Shown here: one piece after another, positions 14,457-25,200 of the stretch
Layout: each line of letters opens with the position of its first letter
Numbering within the stretch: the first letter of the stretch is position 1
From: a virus
Lineage: Duplodnaviria; Caudoviricetes
Direction: 5' to 3' (one strand)
DNA: 39,058 bases
IMG/VR virus record: IMGVR_UViG_3300030451_005863
Coordinates: 1-39,058 of that record
Notes under the pieces: generated by a model
What the model was told of the DNA's origin: nothing
The model's database searches: none
The model's input: only the letters and a program-made list of their open reading frames with translations
Program-made: the position numbers and the translations under genes

Positions 14457-15285
14457 ACATACCTTCACATTCATTATTGAATAAATCTTGTTGATCGTCT
14501 TCTTTAAATTGAACCTCATCCAAAGGTTTACACTGTCTATGAACAAAATTGTTTACTGGTGTTTTATGCATTCTCATTTGTTTATCAAATTCTACAGCTT
14601 TTTCAAACTCTTTCGGTCTATTGTTTTTCATATCTAGCCAAAAAGCATCATCATGAAAAGGACAACCAATACAAGCTGACTTTGCGGGAGTTTTGTAGCC
14701 TCTACCTTCATACCACTTTAAACAATCTTTTCGTGACATATTTTTTTCTATAAGAGGCCAAGTATTTTTCTGCCACCAAAACCTAGATGGTTTCATTCTC
14801 ATAATTTCATCAGTTGAAATACCAACCCAAACCTCTACCCAATCATCTTTTTTCATTCTCTGTCTAGGTTTATAACCCAAAACTTCTCTTATCTTTTTTG
14901 CAATTGGTGATATTTTGTATTCTCTTGTGCATTGTCTCCTACCCATACCTTTTTTACCTTTTTCATTTAAAGTATAAAATGGTGCAGAAGCGAATTGGTT
15001 GCCTCCAGGAGACAAAGCTTTTAGTATATCTTTATCTAAATCTCCCTTTTTACAAATATGTATTGGTATTGAAATTGTTTTCTTTAACCATTCTAAATGT
15101 TCAAGGACTGGAGCAGGTTCCCAACCTGTATCAGCGAATACCATAAAATCAGGCCTTTCTTCAAATAAACCTTCATGAGCCATTAAAGCCATTGTGCTTG
15201 ATTGCACACCAGCACCTAATGAAAGTACTCTTGCAAGTGGCTTATCTTTCCTCTTTATCAATTTACCCTCTATTTTTGTAATCAT
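14446..15285 (-). CDS. PAPS-reductase-like / PP-loop adenine nucleotide alpha-hydrolase with Cys motifs
   Basis: SLGAGVQS PP-loop, FADTGWE, RQCTREYKI.PI, GISTDE..R, WPLIE, KSACIGCPFH and terminal ECEGMC. Confidence 0.85.
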   Translation of the reverse strand: MITKIEGKLIKRKDKPLARVLSLGAGVQSSTMALMAHEGLFEERPDFMVFADTGWEPAPVLEHLEWLKKTISIPIHICKKGDLDKDILKALSPGGNQFASAPFYTLNEKGKKGMGRRQCTREYKISPIAKKIREVLGYKPRQRMKKDDWVEVWVGISTDEIMRMKPSRFWWQKNTWPLIEKNMSRKDCLKWYEGRGYKTPAKSACIGCPFHDDAFWLDMKNNRPKEFEKAVEFDKQMRMHKTPVNNFVHRQCKPLDEVQFKEDDQQDLFNNECEGMCGV

Positions 15286-16909
15286 GTTTCTTCATGTATA
15301 TTAAATAGTCTTCACCTATAGGATAGTGATATTTATAATCTGTGCTCAAGATATGTAAAGTATCTTTTGCACGAGTTCCTCCAGTATACCAAACTTTTTT
15401 TTCATGAGACTTTTCTTGTTTATTTTTATGTCTGTAACTTGAAGGCCAGTTTGCTTTTGAATATAAAACAACATGGTTTGCTTCATCACCTTTAACACTG
15501 TGTATTGTATCAATCACTACGATAGGTGAACCATCTAAAGCTTTATTACCATACCTTTTCAATAATCTTAAAAAGTAAATAACCTGCCTAGGAGAAAAAT
15601 TTCTTTTTAATATCCACCACCATTGTTTACTTTGCATTTCATTTGGCATATCTAAACCACACCATTCTTTTAAATCATTAAAATTATATTCTTGAAAGTC
15701 TGGCACACCTTTCCAAAATTTAGGTGTTCTAAAATCTGCATCCTTTAATTCTCTAATATATTTAAACATAATTTCAGCGTCCTTTTTCCCTATCTTTTTA
15801 CCCTTACTAATTGCTGTCCAAGCTTTTATAGCCTGCCATTGTTTTACATCAAAGGACTTGTTACCTTCATTGTCAGAAAAATATATTCCAGCATCCTTAG
15901 CCAATGATTTTAGTTCATTAACTGTAGAATGAACTCTCCCTAATAAAAACCAAGTACCTTCTAAATCAAAAGGAATCTCTTTAAAATTAAGATATCTTTT
16001 AACAGCACTTTCTTTATCTTTGGGACTAAATGTTTTATCAATACTATCTAGAATTCCACGACGCATTACTTGTGTGAATTCATGTATAGCTTTACCATAT
16101 CTTCTAGTTTTCTTTAAAACAACTTTTCTTCCAGGAAAATAATGAGTAAAATATTTTGAATCTGCACCATTCCATTGATAAATCGCTTGATCATCATCCC
16201 CCGCTAAATAAATTTTTTTAACTTTATCAACCATTTTGTAAATGACTGACCATTGCAAAGGAGTAAAATCTTGAGCTTCATCTAAAATTAATACTTCTAA
16301 TTCTGGGAACTCAACAGAATCAATAGCTCTTTCAATCATATCTGCAAAATCAATAAAAGAAACTTCACCACCAGATCTTTTGTAATGTTCATATGTATCT
16401 ATTTTTCTTAAAAAAACATCTAAAGAATCTTTTCTATTGCCCTCTTGTTTGTATACAAAAATTGGATCTTGCATCATATTACGAGCTTTGTCGTAGATTC
16501 CTATCGACCAATCTTTATATGTAAAATTATCTTCAGCCAACCTATTGTCAGACCTCTTAACAAAATTGTTTGTCAAAGCATAATCAATCATGCAATCCTT
16601 TGGATCAAATATTTCTTCTTCAAAATACCTTCTACAATATGAATGTAATGTTCTAAATCTACTAAACTGTTTATCACTAATGTTTGGAAATGCTTCCAAA
16701 GCTCTTTTAACTGCTGTATTAACTGCTTTATTGGTAAATGAAATGAAAGCAATTTTTTCTGGATCTATACCTTTTCTTATATATTTTTTTACAACTCTTT
16801 CTATTAAAGTCCATGTTTTACCCGTACCTGGTGGGCCAAATATTTTGACAGTCTTATGGTAAAGTTGTTTATGCTTTTGGAGTTCTGAATTTTGTATGAT
16901 ATTGGTCAT
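15263..16909 (-). CDS. UvrD/Rep-like superfamily 1 DNA helicase
   Basis: GPPGTGKT, SFTNKA, RTLHS, LDEAQD, AGDDDQAIYQW, TIHSVKGDE, TRAK. Confidence 0.95.
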   Translation of the reverse strand: MTNIIQNSELQKHKQLYHKTVKIFGPPGTGKTWTLIERVVKKYIRKGIDPEKIAFISFTNKAVNTAVKRALEAFPNISDKQFSRFRTLHSYCRRYFEEEIFDPKDCMIDYALTNNFVKRSDNRLAEDNFTYKDWSIGIYDKARNMMQDPIFVYKQEGNRKDSLDVFLRKIDTYEHYKRSGGEVSFIDFADMIERAIDSVEFPELEVLILDEAQDFTPLQWSVIYKMVDKVKKIYLAGDDDQAIYQWNGADSKYFTHYFPGRKVVLKKTRRYGKAIHEFTQVMRRGILDSIDKTFSPKDKESAVKRYLNFKEIPFDLEGTWFLLGRVHSTVNELKSLAKDAGIYFSDNEGNKSFDVKQWQAIKAWTAISKGKKIGKKDAEIMFKYIRELKDADFRTPKFWKGVPDFQEYNFNDLKEWCGLDMPNEMQSKQWWWILKRNFSPRQVIYFLRLLKRYGNKALDGSPIVVIDTIHSVKGDEANHVVLYSKANWPSSYRHKNKQEKSHEKKVWYTGGTRAKDTLHILSTDYKYHYPIGEDYLIYMKKHDYKNRG

Positions 16910-18449
16910 CCATCTCGCTTATAATATTTTGCGTATTTGTTTGTGCTTGTTGTCGTATAGCTTGGTGATTAACAAATTCAGGCATTTGTACATACCAAAC
17001 ATTTTTTTCACCTTCATGATAATCATGTTTATCACATTTTAAAAGTCTTAATGCTTCAACAACAGAAGCAAAAGCTTTATTAGAAGTTCTCTTTAAATAT
17101 CTATCCAATGTAGCTCTTTTAAAGTATATCATATTGGATTTCGAATCCAAAACAGTATAGCCATCTTTAAGTTTATTAAAATCATCTTGTTCTATAGTAG
17201 TTTCAAAAAAATCTTTTAATGTTTGATACTGCTCTTCTTCAAGTGTATCTTCATATTTAAGTTTTGTATTTTCAATTGCTGACTCAACAATATGCTTCAT
17301 CAATAACTCAAAAGGATCTGGGCCTTTCTTTGGTCTAGGTAAAGTCAACCAATAAATTCTATGTTTTGCAAGACACGTTCTAAAAGTTTTTTGATCTTTT
17401 ATATCTTCAGCTCTAAAAGAAATATGTGTATCTCTAAAATCACATTCCCATATTATTCCTTTTGTATCTTGAGTATAAATTATATTTTTAAAATCATTTT
17501 TAATATCGGGAGCCTGCACACCGATTCCAAGTTTTCTTAATTTACATGTTTCTTTATCACAAATACTTGCAACAAAACCATGTTTAGGTGGACAAAAATA
17601 TTCATAACCCTTTGTGTGAACAGATTGTGCAACCATATCACTTTCACTTCTTTTCAAAGGTCCTTTTGGATGGTTACCATAAATAACTTTTTGTCGTTCC
17701 CAGGCTATGTCCTTGAGTTGCTTAACTGTTAAACTGCCCTCTGCTTTTTTCATTTCAGTCACACAAATGTTGAAGAGCATATTATTTCTTTCTCCTGTCC
17801 AGCCCTCTTGAATTACCTTTTGCACACAAGGCGGATACTCTCTCCAATCTGTTTCTGCATTATATTCTGTAATTTTTAATTTTAAAAAATCTTTGGGATC
17901 AACTGTTTTTTTCTTTGCTAACTCTATAAAACCACCTAACATTAATGGAGTGTTTTGATCATCAAATGCATACTCAATGGCAGCGTCTGCTTTATGATAA
18001 GGCATACCCACTGCCTTGTTAAGTGGAAATACTTCTTTTGATAAAAAATATTCTTTATTAATTTGCTCTAGTTTATCTTTGATTTTAATTTTATCTGCCC
18101 AATCTGAAAAGAAAATAAATAAGTGAAGACCACCAGATTTAGATTTAACAGGCACAAGTGGTAAATCAAAATCTCTAATTATATCTACATACTTTTTTTG
18201 TGAATATGCTTTATAATTAGCAGGGTCTATGTCTATACAAGACCACCTCAACTTATCACCGTTTTCTGGTCGGATTCCTATTAAGACGTCACCCTTAATA
18301 TGATCTGCCCAAAGTTGTTCGGTAACTGGTTCGTGAACCGTGAGGTAGTCTGCTTTTTTCTTACCCCGTTCATCAGTTTCTCCCGTCAGAGAAACTGTGA
18401 TGAACTGGGAAGAGTCACCCTCAAATAATTTGAGTAACTCTTTTTGCAT
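16869..18449 (-). CDS. AEP-superfamily primase (primase-polymerase) with Cys-containing accessory domain
   Basis: CIDID and KSKSGGLHLF catalytic motifs; PPC...GERNN.LFN...YFC...ICD...C. Confidence 0.8.
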   Translation of the reverse strand: MQKELLKLFEGDSSQFITVSLTGETDERGKKKADYLTVHEPVTEQLWADHIKGDVLIGIRPENGDKLRWSCIDIDPANYKAYSQKKYVDIIRDFDLPLVPVKSKSGGLHLFIFFSDWADKIKIKDKLEQINKEYFLSKEVFPLNKAVGMPYHKADAAIEYAFDDQNTPLMLGGFIELAKKKTVDPKDFLKLKITEYNAETDWREYPPCVQKVIQEGWTGERNNMLFNICVTEMKKAEGSLTVKQLKDIAWERQKVIYGNHPKGPLKRSESDMVAQSVHTKGYEYFCPPKHGFVASICDKETCKLRKLGIGVQAPDIKNDFKNIIYTQDTKGIIWECDFRDTHISFRAEDIKDQKTFRTCLAKHRIYWLTLPRPKKGPDPFELLMKHIVESAIENTKLKYEDTLEEEQYQTLKDFFETTIEQDDFNKLKDGYTVLDSKSNMIYFKRATLDRYLKRTSNKAFASVVEALRLLKCDKHDYHEGEKNVWYVQMPEFVNHQAIRQQAQTNTQNIISEMDDQYHTKFRTPKA

Positions 18450-19270
18450 TAGAATGGTGTGGCTTCTTTTGTGACTTCCTTTTTAGCAGCTTCTTCTTTA
18501 CCGAAGTCGACCTTACCAAAGATGTCCGATTTCATCGCACTCTCATAAAACGCTTTTGACGCTTCTAATGTACCCGCCAATTTTGGATCGTCTAGATATC
18601 TATCGAATTCGACAACCCACCCATACCAAGAGTTTTGTGAGTTACTTTCTTTAGTGGTCTTCAATCTATAGGCAGTTGCCCAAGATGGTGGAGTAAAGAA
18701 ACCTTTTTTACCTTTAAGTTTTCTACTTGCAATCATAGAATTCCAAGTTTTTGATTTCTTCTTTTGAGTAGATTTCATAGTAATCAATGCTGACTCCACA
18801 GGTGCATAATTACTATCTAAGATATAAACAAAATGGTTACCTGTATCTTCAATGTAGTTACCATTTTCAAGTCTATCTTTTCCATCATCACCTCTTACAG
18901 TTTGAGACATGATTGATGGGTCATTGTGTATACCAACAGGTCTACCTGGACTATCACCTCTATCTTTCCACTCATTAAAGGTATTGATATATAAACATGG
19001 TACAACAATTAAACCATCTTTACCTTTGTAAAGAGAACCAGTTATTTCATTGTAAATGTCACCTTGTTTTGCAGTCTCAATGTACTTGCCATCTGATTCG
19101 TCAAGCACTGGTGAGTTTGCATAAAGGATTTTTAGAATTGGGAGTCTAGTATCCCTAGCAGTGACAAATTCTTGACCTTGTCCTGCTAACTCTTCCAAAT
19201 TAAATTGAGTTGGAAGGGACGCTTCTTTTTTAACTGCTACGTCCTTTGCAGTCTCTTTTGCTTGTTGCAT
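18449..19270 (-). CDS. Putative single-stranded DNA-binding protein
   Basis: Position in the replication module; LP.LKIL...SP, LITMKSTQKKKS..WN and acidic/aromatic C-terminus ending PF. Confidence 0.65.
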   Translation of the reverse strand: MQQAKETAKDVAVKKEASLPTQFNLEELAGQGQEFVTARDTRLPILKILYANSPVLDESDGKYIETAKQGDIYNEITGSLYKGKDGLIVVPCLYINTFNEWKDRGDSPGRPVGIHNDPSIMSQTVRGDDGKDRLENGNYIEDTGNHFVYILDSNYAPVESALITMKSTQKKKSKTWNSMIASRKLKGKKGFFTPPSWATAYRLKTTKESNSQNSWYGWVVEFDRYLDDPKLAGTLEASKAFYESAMKSDIFGKVDFGKEEAAKKEVTKEATPF

Positions 19271-19271
19271 G

Positions 19272-19817
19272 TTACTCCTTCGTCTTTATTTTCGTTCGTG
19301 TTGCTACGTAAACACCGAATAAATCAGCAGGAACATTACGACCATTCGAGATTTCATCTTTGACAAAACCTTTTAGAGTCATAGGCTCTACCTTTTCGGC
19401 TTGTTTGACATTATGCCCCTTATTTCTTAATTCGTCAACCAAAGATTTAGCTTCATTGTCTTGGCTTCTTCCAAAAGTTAAGGTGACATTGTTTTTGATT
19501 AGATCACCGTGACCATTATCACGTAACCAATCAAAAGCTTCTTGTTGTCGGGATACAGGTATTCTCGCAGAATAATATGGTTTTACTTCTACTGAAGAAC
19601 CATCATTCAACTTTAATAACTGTAATCCACATTGTTGCATGAGGTTTGGTATATCGTTTTCAGAAAGTTTTAGCTCGGCTGCTTTTATTTTTTTGAGTTT
19701 ATCTTCTAGCGCTGTTACTTCTTTCTGGATGTCCAATAACTCATTACATTTTTTAGCGATGTCTGCTGACATGCTAGTATCGATTCGTATATCTTTCGAT
19801 AACTCCTCTAAGTCCAT
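19272..19817 (-). CDS. Conserved replication-module protein
   Basis: AGGAGG RBS; coiled-coil followed by AFDWLR.NGHGDLIK and TLKGFV motifs. Confidence 0.75.
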   Translation of the reverse strand: MDLEELSKDIRIDTSMSADIAKKCNELLDIQKEVTALEDKLKKIKAAELKLSENDIPNLMQQCGLQLLKLNDGSSVEVKPYYSARIPVSRQQEAFDWLRDNGHGDLIKNNVTLTFGRSQDNEAKSLVDELRNKGHNVKQAEKVEPMTLKGFVKDEISNGRNVPADLFGVYVATRTKIKTKE

Positions 19818-19837
19818 AGTGACCTCCTATTTTATGT

Positions 19838-19895
19838 ACCGACTATATAAATTACGAGTTTGACATTGTAAAGAAAAAAATATATTAATGGGACA
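19838..19895. promoter_or_regulatory. Divergent promoters between the replication operon and the SNF2 helicase
   Basis: Plus: TTGACA (19860)-17-TATTAA followed by an ATGGGA operator half-site. Minus: TTTACA-17-TATATA. Confidence 0.6.
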
Positions 19896-19916
19896 GCTCT
19901 TAGGAGATAGCCACGA

Positions 19917-21326
19917 ATGACGAAACATTATAAATATAAAACAAAACCTTTTGAACATCAAAGACAAGCACTTATTCAAGGAGCGGAAAAAAGAAACTTC
20001 GCATACTTCATGGAAATGGGTACTGGTAAAACAAAAGTTGCCATTGACAACGCCTGTTGGTTGTATCAACAAAATAAAATTTGCACAGTAATAGTAATAG
20101 CACCAAATTCAGTGTACAGAAATTGGATAAAAGAGATTAAAACACATTCTCCCGTTTCAGATCTTAACATTTGTGCCCATAAAGTGGACTCTTTCAGGTA
20201 CAAGGATGGTCATTTAAATTGGTTTTTAATTAATGTTGAAGCACTTTCTCATACAAGTGGCGTTCGAGTTTTACAAGAAATCACTCAAAATTATTTTTCT
20301 TCCTGTATGATGATTCTAGACGAAAGTACAACAATAAAAAACAGAACAGCAAAAAGATCAAAAAACATTTGTAAATTAGGTAAACCAATCCAATACAAAA
20401 GGATACTAACAGGCTCGCCAATAACAAAATCTCCATTAGATTTATTTACTCAATGTGCCTTTCTAAGTGAATCTTTATTAGGATTCAAATCTTTTTTTAC
20501 TTTTAGAGCAAGATACGCCGTAATGCAACAAATAGAAATGAATGGGAGAGCAGTATTATTTCCTAAATATTATACAAATCTTAATGAATTAGAAGAAAAA
20601 CTTAAAACTTTTTCATATAGAGTAAGAAAACATGAATGCTTAGATCTTCCTGAAAAATTATATCAAGTTAGACAATTGAATATGTCTATTGAACAAAATG
20701 AGGTATACCAGCAATTAAGAAGAAATGCATTTGCTATCTTACAAGACAAAGAAGTTAGTTTTGCTAATAAGTTGACAGAAATTATCAAACTTCATCAAGT
20801 TTGTAATGGCTATGTAAAATCAGATGATGGAACTGTTACGCCGTTTGATAATTGTGCTAAACTTAAAGACTTAATGACAATAATTGAGGAGGGGGAAGGT
20901 AAATTTATTATCTGGGCTAACTATGTACACAACATTAAAACAATTATTCAAGCGTTACAAAAGTCTTACGGTAATGATTCTGTGGTTGCTATTTACGGAG
21001 AAGTTTCAACAGAAGATAGGACGAAAGCTGTCGAACGTTTCCAGAATGATGATAGTTGCCGTTTTTTTGTTGGTAATCCTTCCACTGGTGGTTATGGTCT
21101 CACTCTTACCAATGCTAGTTATGTTATTTATTTCAGTAACTCTTACAATTTGGAAGTTCGCCAACAATCTGAGGATAGAGCTCATAGAATTGGTCAAAAG
21201 AAAAATGTAACTTATATAGATCTTATTATGAGAGACACAATTGATCAATTAATTATTGGATCTTTAAAGAAAAAAATAAAGATAAGTGCAGAAACTTTAG
21301 GTGAAGAAGTTCTCAAGTGGCTTTGA
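19917..21326 (+). CDS. SNF2-family (SF2) DNA helicase
   Basis: MEMGTGKT, ILDES, LTGSP, GGYGLTL, QSEDRAHRIGQ. Confidence 0.93.
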   Translation: MTKHYKYKTKPFEHQRQALIQGAEKRNFAYFMEMGTGKTKVAIDNACWLYQQNKICTVIVIAPNSVYRNWIKEIKTHSPVSDLNICAHKVDSFRYKDGHLNWFLINVEALSHTSGVRVLQEITQNYFSSCMMILDESTTIKNRTAKRSKNICKLGKPIQYKRILTGSPITKSPLDLFTQCAFLSESLLGFKSFFTFRARYAVMQQIEMNGRAVLFPKYYTNLNELEEKLKTFSYRVRKHECLDLPEKLYQVRQLNMSIEQNEVYQQLRRNAFAILQDKEVSFANKLTEIIKLHQVCNGYVKSDDGTVTPFDNCAKLKDLMTIIEEGEGKFIIWANYVHNIKTIIQALQKSYGNDSVVAIYGEVSTEDRTKAVERFQNDDSCRFFVGNPSTGGYGLTLTNASYVIYFSNSYNLEVRQQSEDRAHRIGQKKNVTYIDLIMRDTIDQLIIGSLKKKIKISAETLGEEVLKWL

Positions 21327-22029
21327 TTTTATAGTACTGCTCTACTCTTTCAAACCAAAGTTCTTCATATTCGGCAAGTCTAGCTTCATCTAATTCAAAA
21401 CTTTGAAACTGTAAATCTTTGGTACACATTGCAACTAAACCTCCCATAATTGGCCCGTGATTCTTCTTATGTGCTAAGGAATATGCTGCTAACTGATAGT
21501 AATAATCTGTTACCCATTCTTCCCTTTTCAATTTATTACTTTGTTTAAAATCAATTATATAAGGTTTATCTTTGTATAATCCTACTAAATCAGTACTTCC
21601 AGCCCATCTTTGTTCATATTCTAAACTAACTTCACTACCATAAATAATTTTCAAAGGTTCTAAATTTTCAACTATTGTATGTGCCATCATCCTAGCTTGA
21701 GCACCGTCTTTTGATGTATTCCAATAACCGACTCCTTTTATGTAGTTTTCAAGCACGTAATGCATCTCAGTGCCACGTGTTGCTGCCTGGTTTGTTATTC
21801 TTTGAGCTTCTTTATAACCAACTCTTGCTCTCCATAAATCTAATGATTTTTTCTTTTCCTCTGATTGTGTAGCTGATAATATTGTTGTAACTGAGGGTAC
21901 CTTTTTTTCACCTACTGCATAGGTTCGTGGTCCGTGATCGTCGTCACGAGTAAATTCTTTATAAGTATATTTATTTTGCCATTGAAAATCTGTAATCGTA
22001 AAAGTGGTGTCAGTTCGTATAATCTTCAT
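21313..22029 (-). CDS. PD-(D/E)XK exonuclease (Cas4/MGME1-like phage exonuclease)
   Basis: PSVTTIL, RGTEMH, GSE, AGSTD, IIDFKQS, QLAAY. Confidence 0.88.
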   Translation of the reverse strand: MKIIRTDTTFTITDFQWQNKYTYKEFTRDDDHGPRTYAVGEKKVPSVTTILSATQSEEKKKSLDLWRARVGYKEAQRITNQAATRGTEMHYVLENYIKGVGYWNTSKDGAQARMMAHTIVENLEPLKIIYGSEVSLEYEQRWAGSTDLVGLYKDKPYIIDFKQSNKLKREEWVTDYYYQLAAYSLAHKKNHGPIMGGLVAMCTKDLQFQSFELDEARLAEYEELWFERVEQYYKIKAT

Positions 22030-22038
22030 GCAGTATGT

Positions 22039-22218
22039 TTACTGCATCATATCCATAAGTAAAGTTAAAAGTACTGCACCCATACCGCCAACAATCCAAT
22101 ATTCAACTCTTTTTATTCTTTCTTTCATTTCTTTTATCTGATCAAAAGTTTGCTTCTGCATGATTCTACAAAGCTTTTCATGATCTTCTATTTTTTGTAA
22201 TGCAGATTTTTTAGGCAT
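22039..22218 (-). CDS. 59 aa coiled-coil protein with C-terminal TM helix (XhlA/holin-like)
   Basis: MPKKSALQKIEDHEKLCRIMQ...RIKRVEYWIVGGMGAVLLTLLMDMMQ; GGAG RBS. Confidence 0.7.
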   Translation of the reverse strand: MPKKSALQKIEDHEKLCRIMQKQTFDQIKEMKERIKRVEYWIVGGMGAVLLTLLMDMMQ

Positions 22219-25200
22219 TTGTGTTCTCCGCTATTAGTTGACCTAAAGTATCATTAGGATTTAAAGCTGCAAAAGTTTTTGCTCTATTAACAGGTTGTGC
22301 AGGTTGTAGAGGAGTTGTTGGTGCAACCATACCTGCCTGACCACTTGTTTGATTTAATTGTGCTAATGAAAGAGATTCGTTATCAATTCTGTCCATAGCT
22401 TCATTTTCCATTACTGAAAGCATGTTTCCTCTAAAAAAGTTTTCAGCATCATTAATCATTTCAGTTGACGAATTTTTGATTTGTTTAAGTTCTGGATACA
22501 TTCTATTTCTTATGTCATCTGCAATGCCATCAATAGTAAATTTTGATTGAGGTACTTTAGTTGGTGTTTGTAATAGATAACGACTTATTTCATTAAAATC
22601 TATTTTTTGTGGGTCAACTGTTGGTGAATCTTTGTCTTCATCTAAAACATAATTATACAAATCTGCAAAAGACTTTGACTGTGCTTTAGTCATTGGTTGA
22701 TTGAAATAAGATTTAAACTCTCCTGTACCCGATAATTGTTCCATTCTTTTCATAGGATCAAATACTAAATCATAAAATTGTTTTACTCTTTGTGGGTCTG
22801 ATAAAATTTTACCTGCATATCTACCTAATAAAATAAAAGATACAGTTGGTAGTAAACCTACTGTTGCAACCCCAGCTCCAGCTGCAATCGTACCTGACAT
22901 AGGTAAAATACCTCCCATGACACTTCCTAAACCACCCATTTGAAATCTTCTTTTTAAATATGTTGATGCATCCCCAAGATCATATGAATACTGACCTTCC
23001 ATTACATCAAGAAGATCTTCTATTTGTCTAACAGCTTTTGACCCCTCTTTACCGCCACCATACATGGTTATTAATTTATTTCTTGCAGTGGCCACTTCAG
23101 ATGTCGTACCTACCAAACCTAAATTTTTTCTAAATTTACTTGGATCGAATTGAGCTACCTCGTCTACTTTTAGTCTTAATTGATCAAAAGGAATATCTCC
23201 TATACCTGATTCTATTACTTCATCAACTTTCATTCCTGCTTTTGTTAGCTCATCTTTTATAATTTCTTCATTAGCATTGTGTAAAAACTTATTATGCATA
23301 AAACCTTTATTTCTTATTGTTTCTAATTTGTTAAAAAGGGGAACAGAGTTTAATTTTGGTTTCATCATATAAGCATCATTGAATGCATCAAAAAAGTATA
23401 TTTGTCGAAATCTATCAAAAATAGCTTGACCAGTTTTTCCTGTTTGACCTCCCCTGTCAGTGCCTAAAAGTTTTTTAATATTTGTTATTGATGCATCATC
23501 ACCATTTTTAAAAACATTTAACAAACCATCTTCCCACAATTTATCTGCGTTGATATTTTGTTTACCTGCTATATTTAATAACCCTTTTTGAGTAAATATG
23601 TTTGAATCAAACTTGTTTAATATGTTTGTGCCTTTTAAAGCAGAACCTTGTGATTTAAATGTTCTTACACTTCTTGTAAATAATTCATTAGCTTTTAATA
23701 AATCTGCCTCTAACATTTTGATATCTCCGACTAAATCATTTAAATATTTGTCACCTGCTTCTTTACCAAAATCTTTAACTTGCTGATCATATGCTTCTTT
23801 TACCTGGTCGTTTTTTAATAAAGTATCAATACTTTCAGGGTTGGCTAAAGCATTAAAATCTTTTTTAAAAGCACTGTCTAATCTTGCAGCTATTCCTAAA
23901 GGATTTTTAAAATTAGTTAAGGAAATAGCTTCTTTCATTTGTCTATGAAAATCAACATATTGTAATCCAGTTATTCCATCTTGCGCGAACCCAAAAGTAT
24001 TTTCAATTGCATCTAAATACTTGAGTAAAGGGTCCATTGTTACATCAATTTCACCTCTTATTCTTGGGTCCTCTATACGTTGGCCAACAGGTGAAGCAAT
24101 ATCACCATAATACTTTTTAATTTCTCTTACTTCTTTTAGAAGATTATCCATTCTTATAAATGGAATTTTTCCACCACCTAAATTTTCTGCAGTTCTCATA
24201 ACACCAAGATACTGTTGATCTATGATATCATTCCATTCTCGATAATTCTTTTTAATTTGATTTATAGCACCGTAACTCATTATTTGTGCATCTGCATAAG
24301 GAGTTGTTGAATCTAAAATATCTATCATTCTTCCATACGTTGCTTTTTCAATTTCAGCTCTTGCTCTTTTTTGTGGACCACCTACTGCAGGAAAAATAGT
24401 TATTGTTTTACCTGCATCTTTTAAACCCTTAGCCACAAAACCAACATTTTCGTCAATAAGTGCCTGGGTATTTATTGGTAAAGATTGTTCTCTTGCTTTC
24501 TTTGCTAAATCATATGCTCGGTCTCCTTCTAAACCAATTGCTTGTCTATACCCTTTTGTCATAAGTCCTAACATCGGTGATAAAGCAAATGCACCAAAAT
24601 TAAAATATAAAGCATTCTTCATAGCATCAGCTGCGTGAACCAAGGATCTTTCACCTATTGGTAAAGATCTAATATCATCTTCGCTTACGTTTGCTAAATC
24701 TTCTGAAGTTGTAGCAGCAAAGTCTGTCATTAAGTTTGCGGCATCAAAAGTTAAAGAACCAACACCAGCTCCCACTGAACCACCAAATTGTGATAGCGCT
24801 TCTGTATATAAAAAAGGAGTAGGACCTTTCATTCTTATTTGTCCAGGGCCTTGTTTAACAAAATCACCCATCTTACCAACAACACTTGCTAATCTTCCAA
24901 GTAATTTAGAGCCTCTCACCATAGGTAACTTCATCAATTGTTTTTGAAATGCATCTATTTTATTTGGTGAAATAATTGCTCTTTGGTCAACTCCAAATTC
25001 TGCTTTTGCATTATTAGCAATTAAAGACTTTACAAGCATGTCTCTGTTTTTAATGTAAGGTACAATTGTACCTGTTACATCACCAACAAGTTCTAAATCT
25101 TTTCTTTCAATACCAGTAGCCGTTTCAAAAGGTTCTAGCTTTTGTTGTTTTTGTGCAGCTAAAATTTCCATGGCAGCATTTTGTTCTGCCGCTATTTCAT

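Noticed and set aside
14446-15285. Calling the gene cysH (auxiliary sulfate assimilation)
   Set aside because: It lacks the C-terminal ECGLH motif of CysH and lies in a replication context; only family-level similarity is supported.
21313-22029. Cas4 as evidence of a CRISPR system
   Set aside because: A stand-alone phage PD-(D/E)XK exonuclease without the four-Cys cluster motif, other cas genes or an array.
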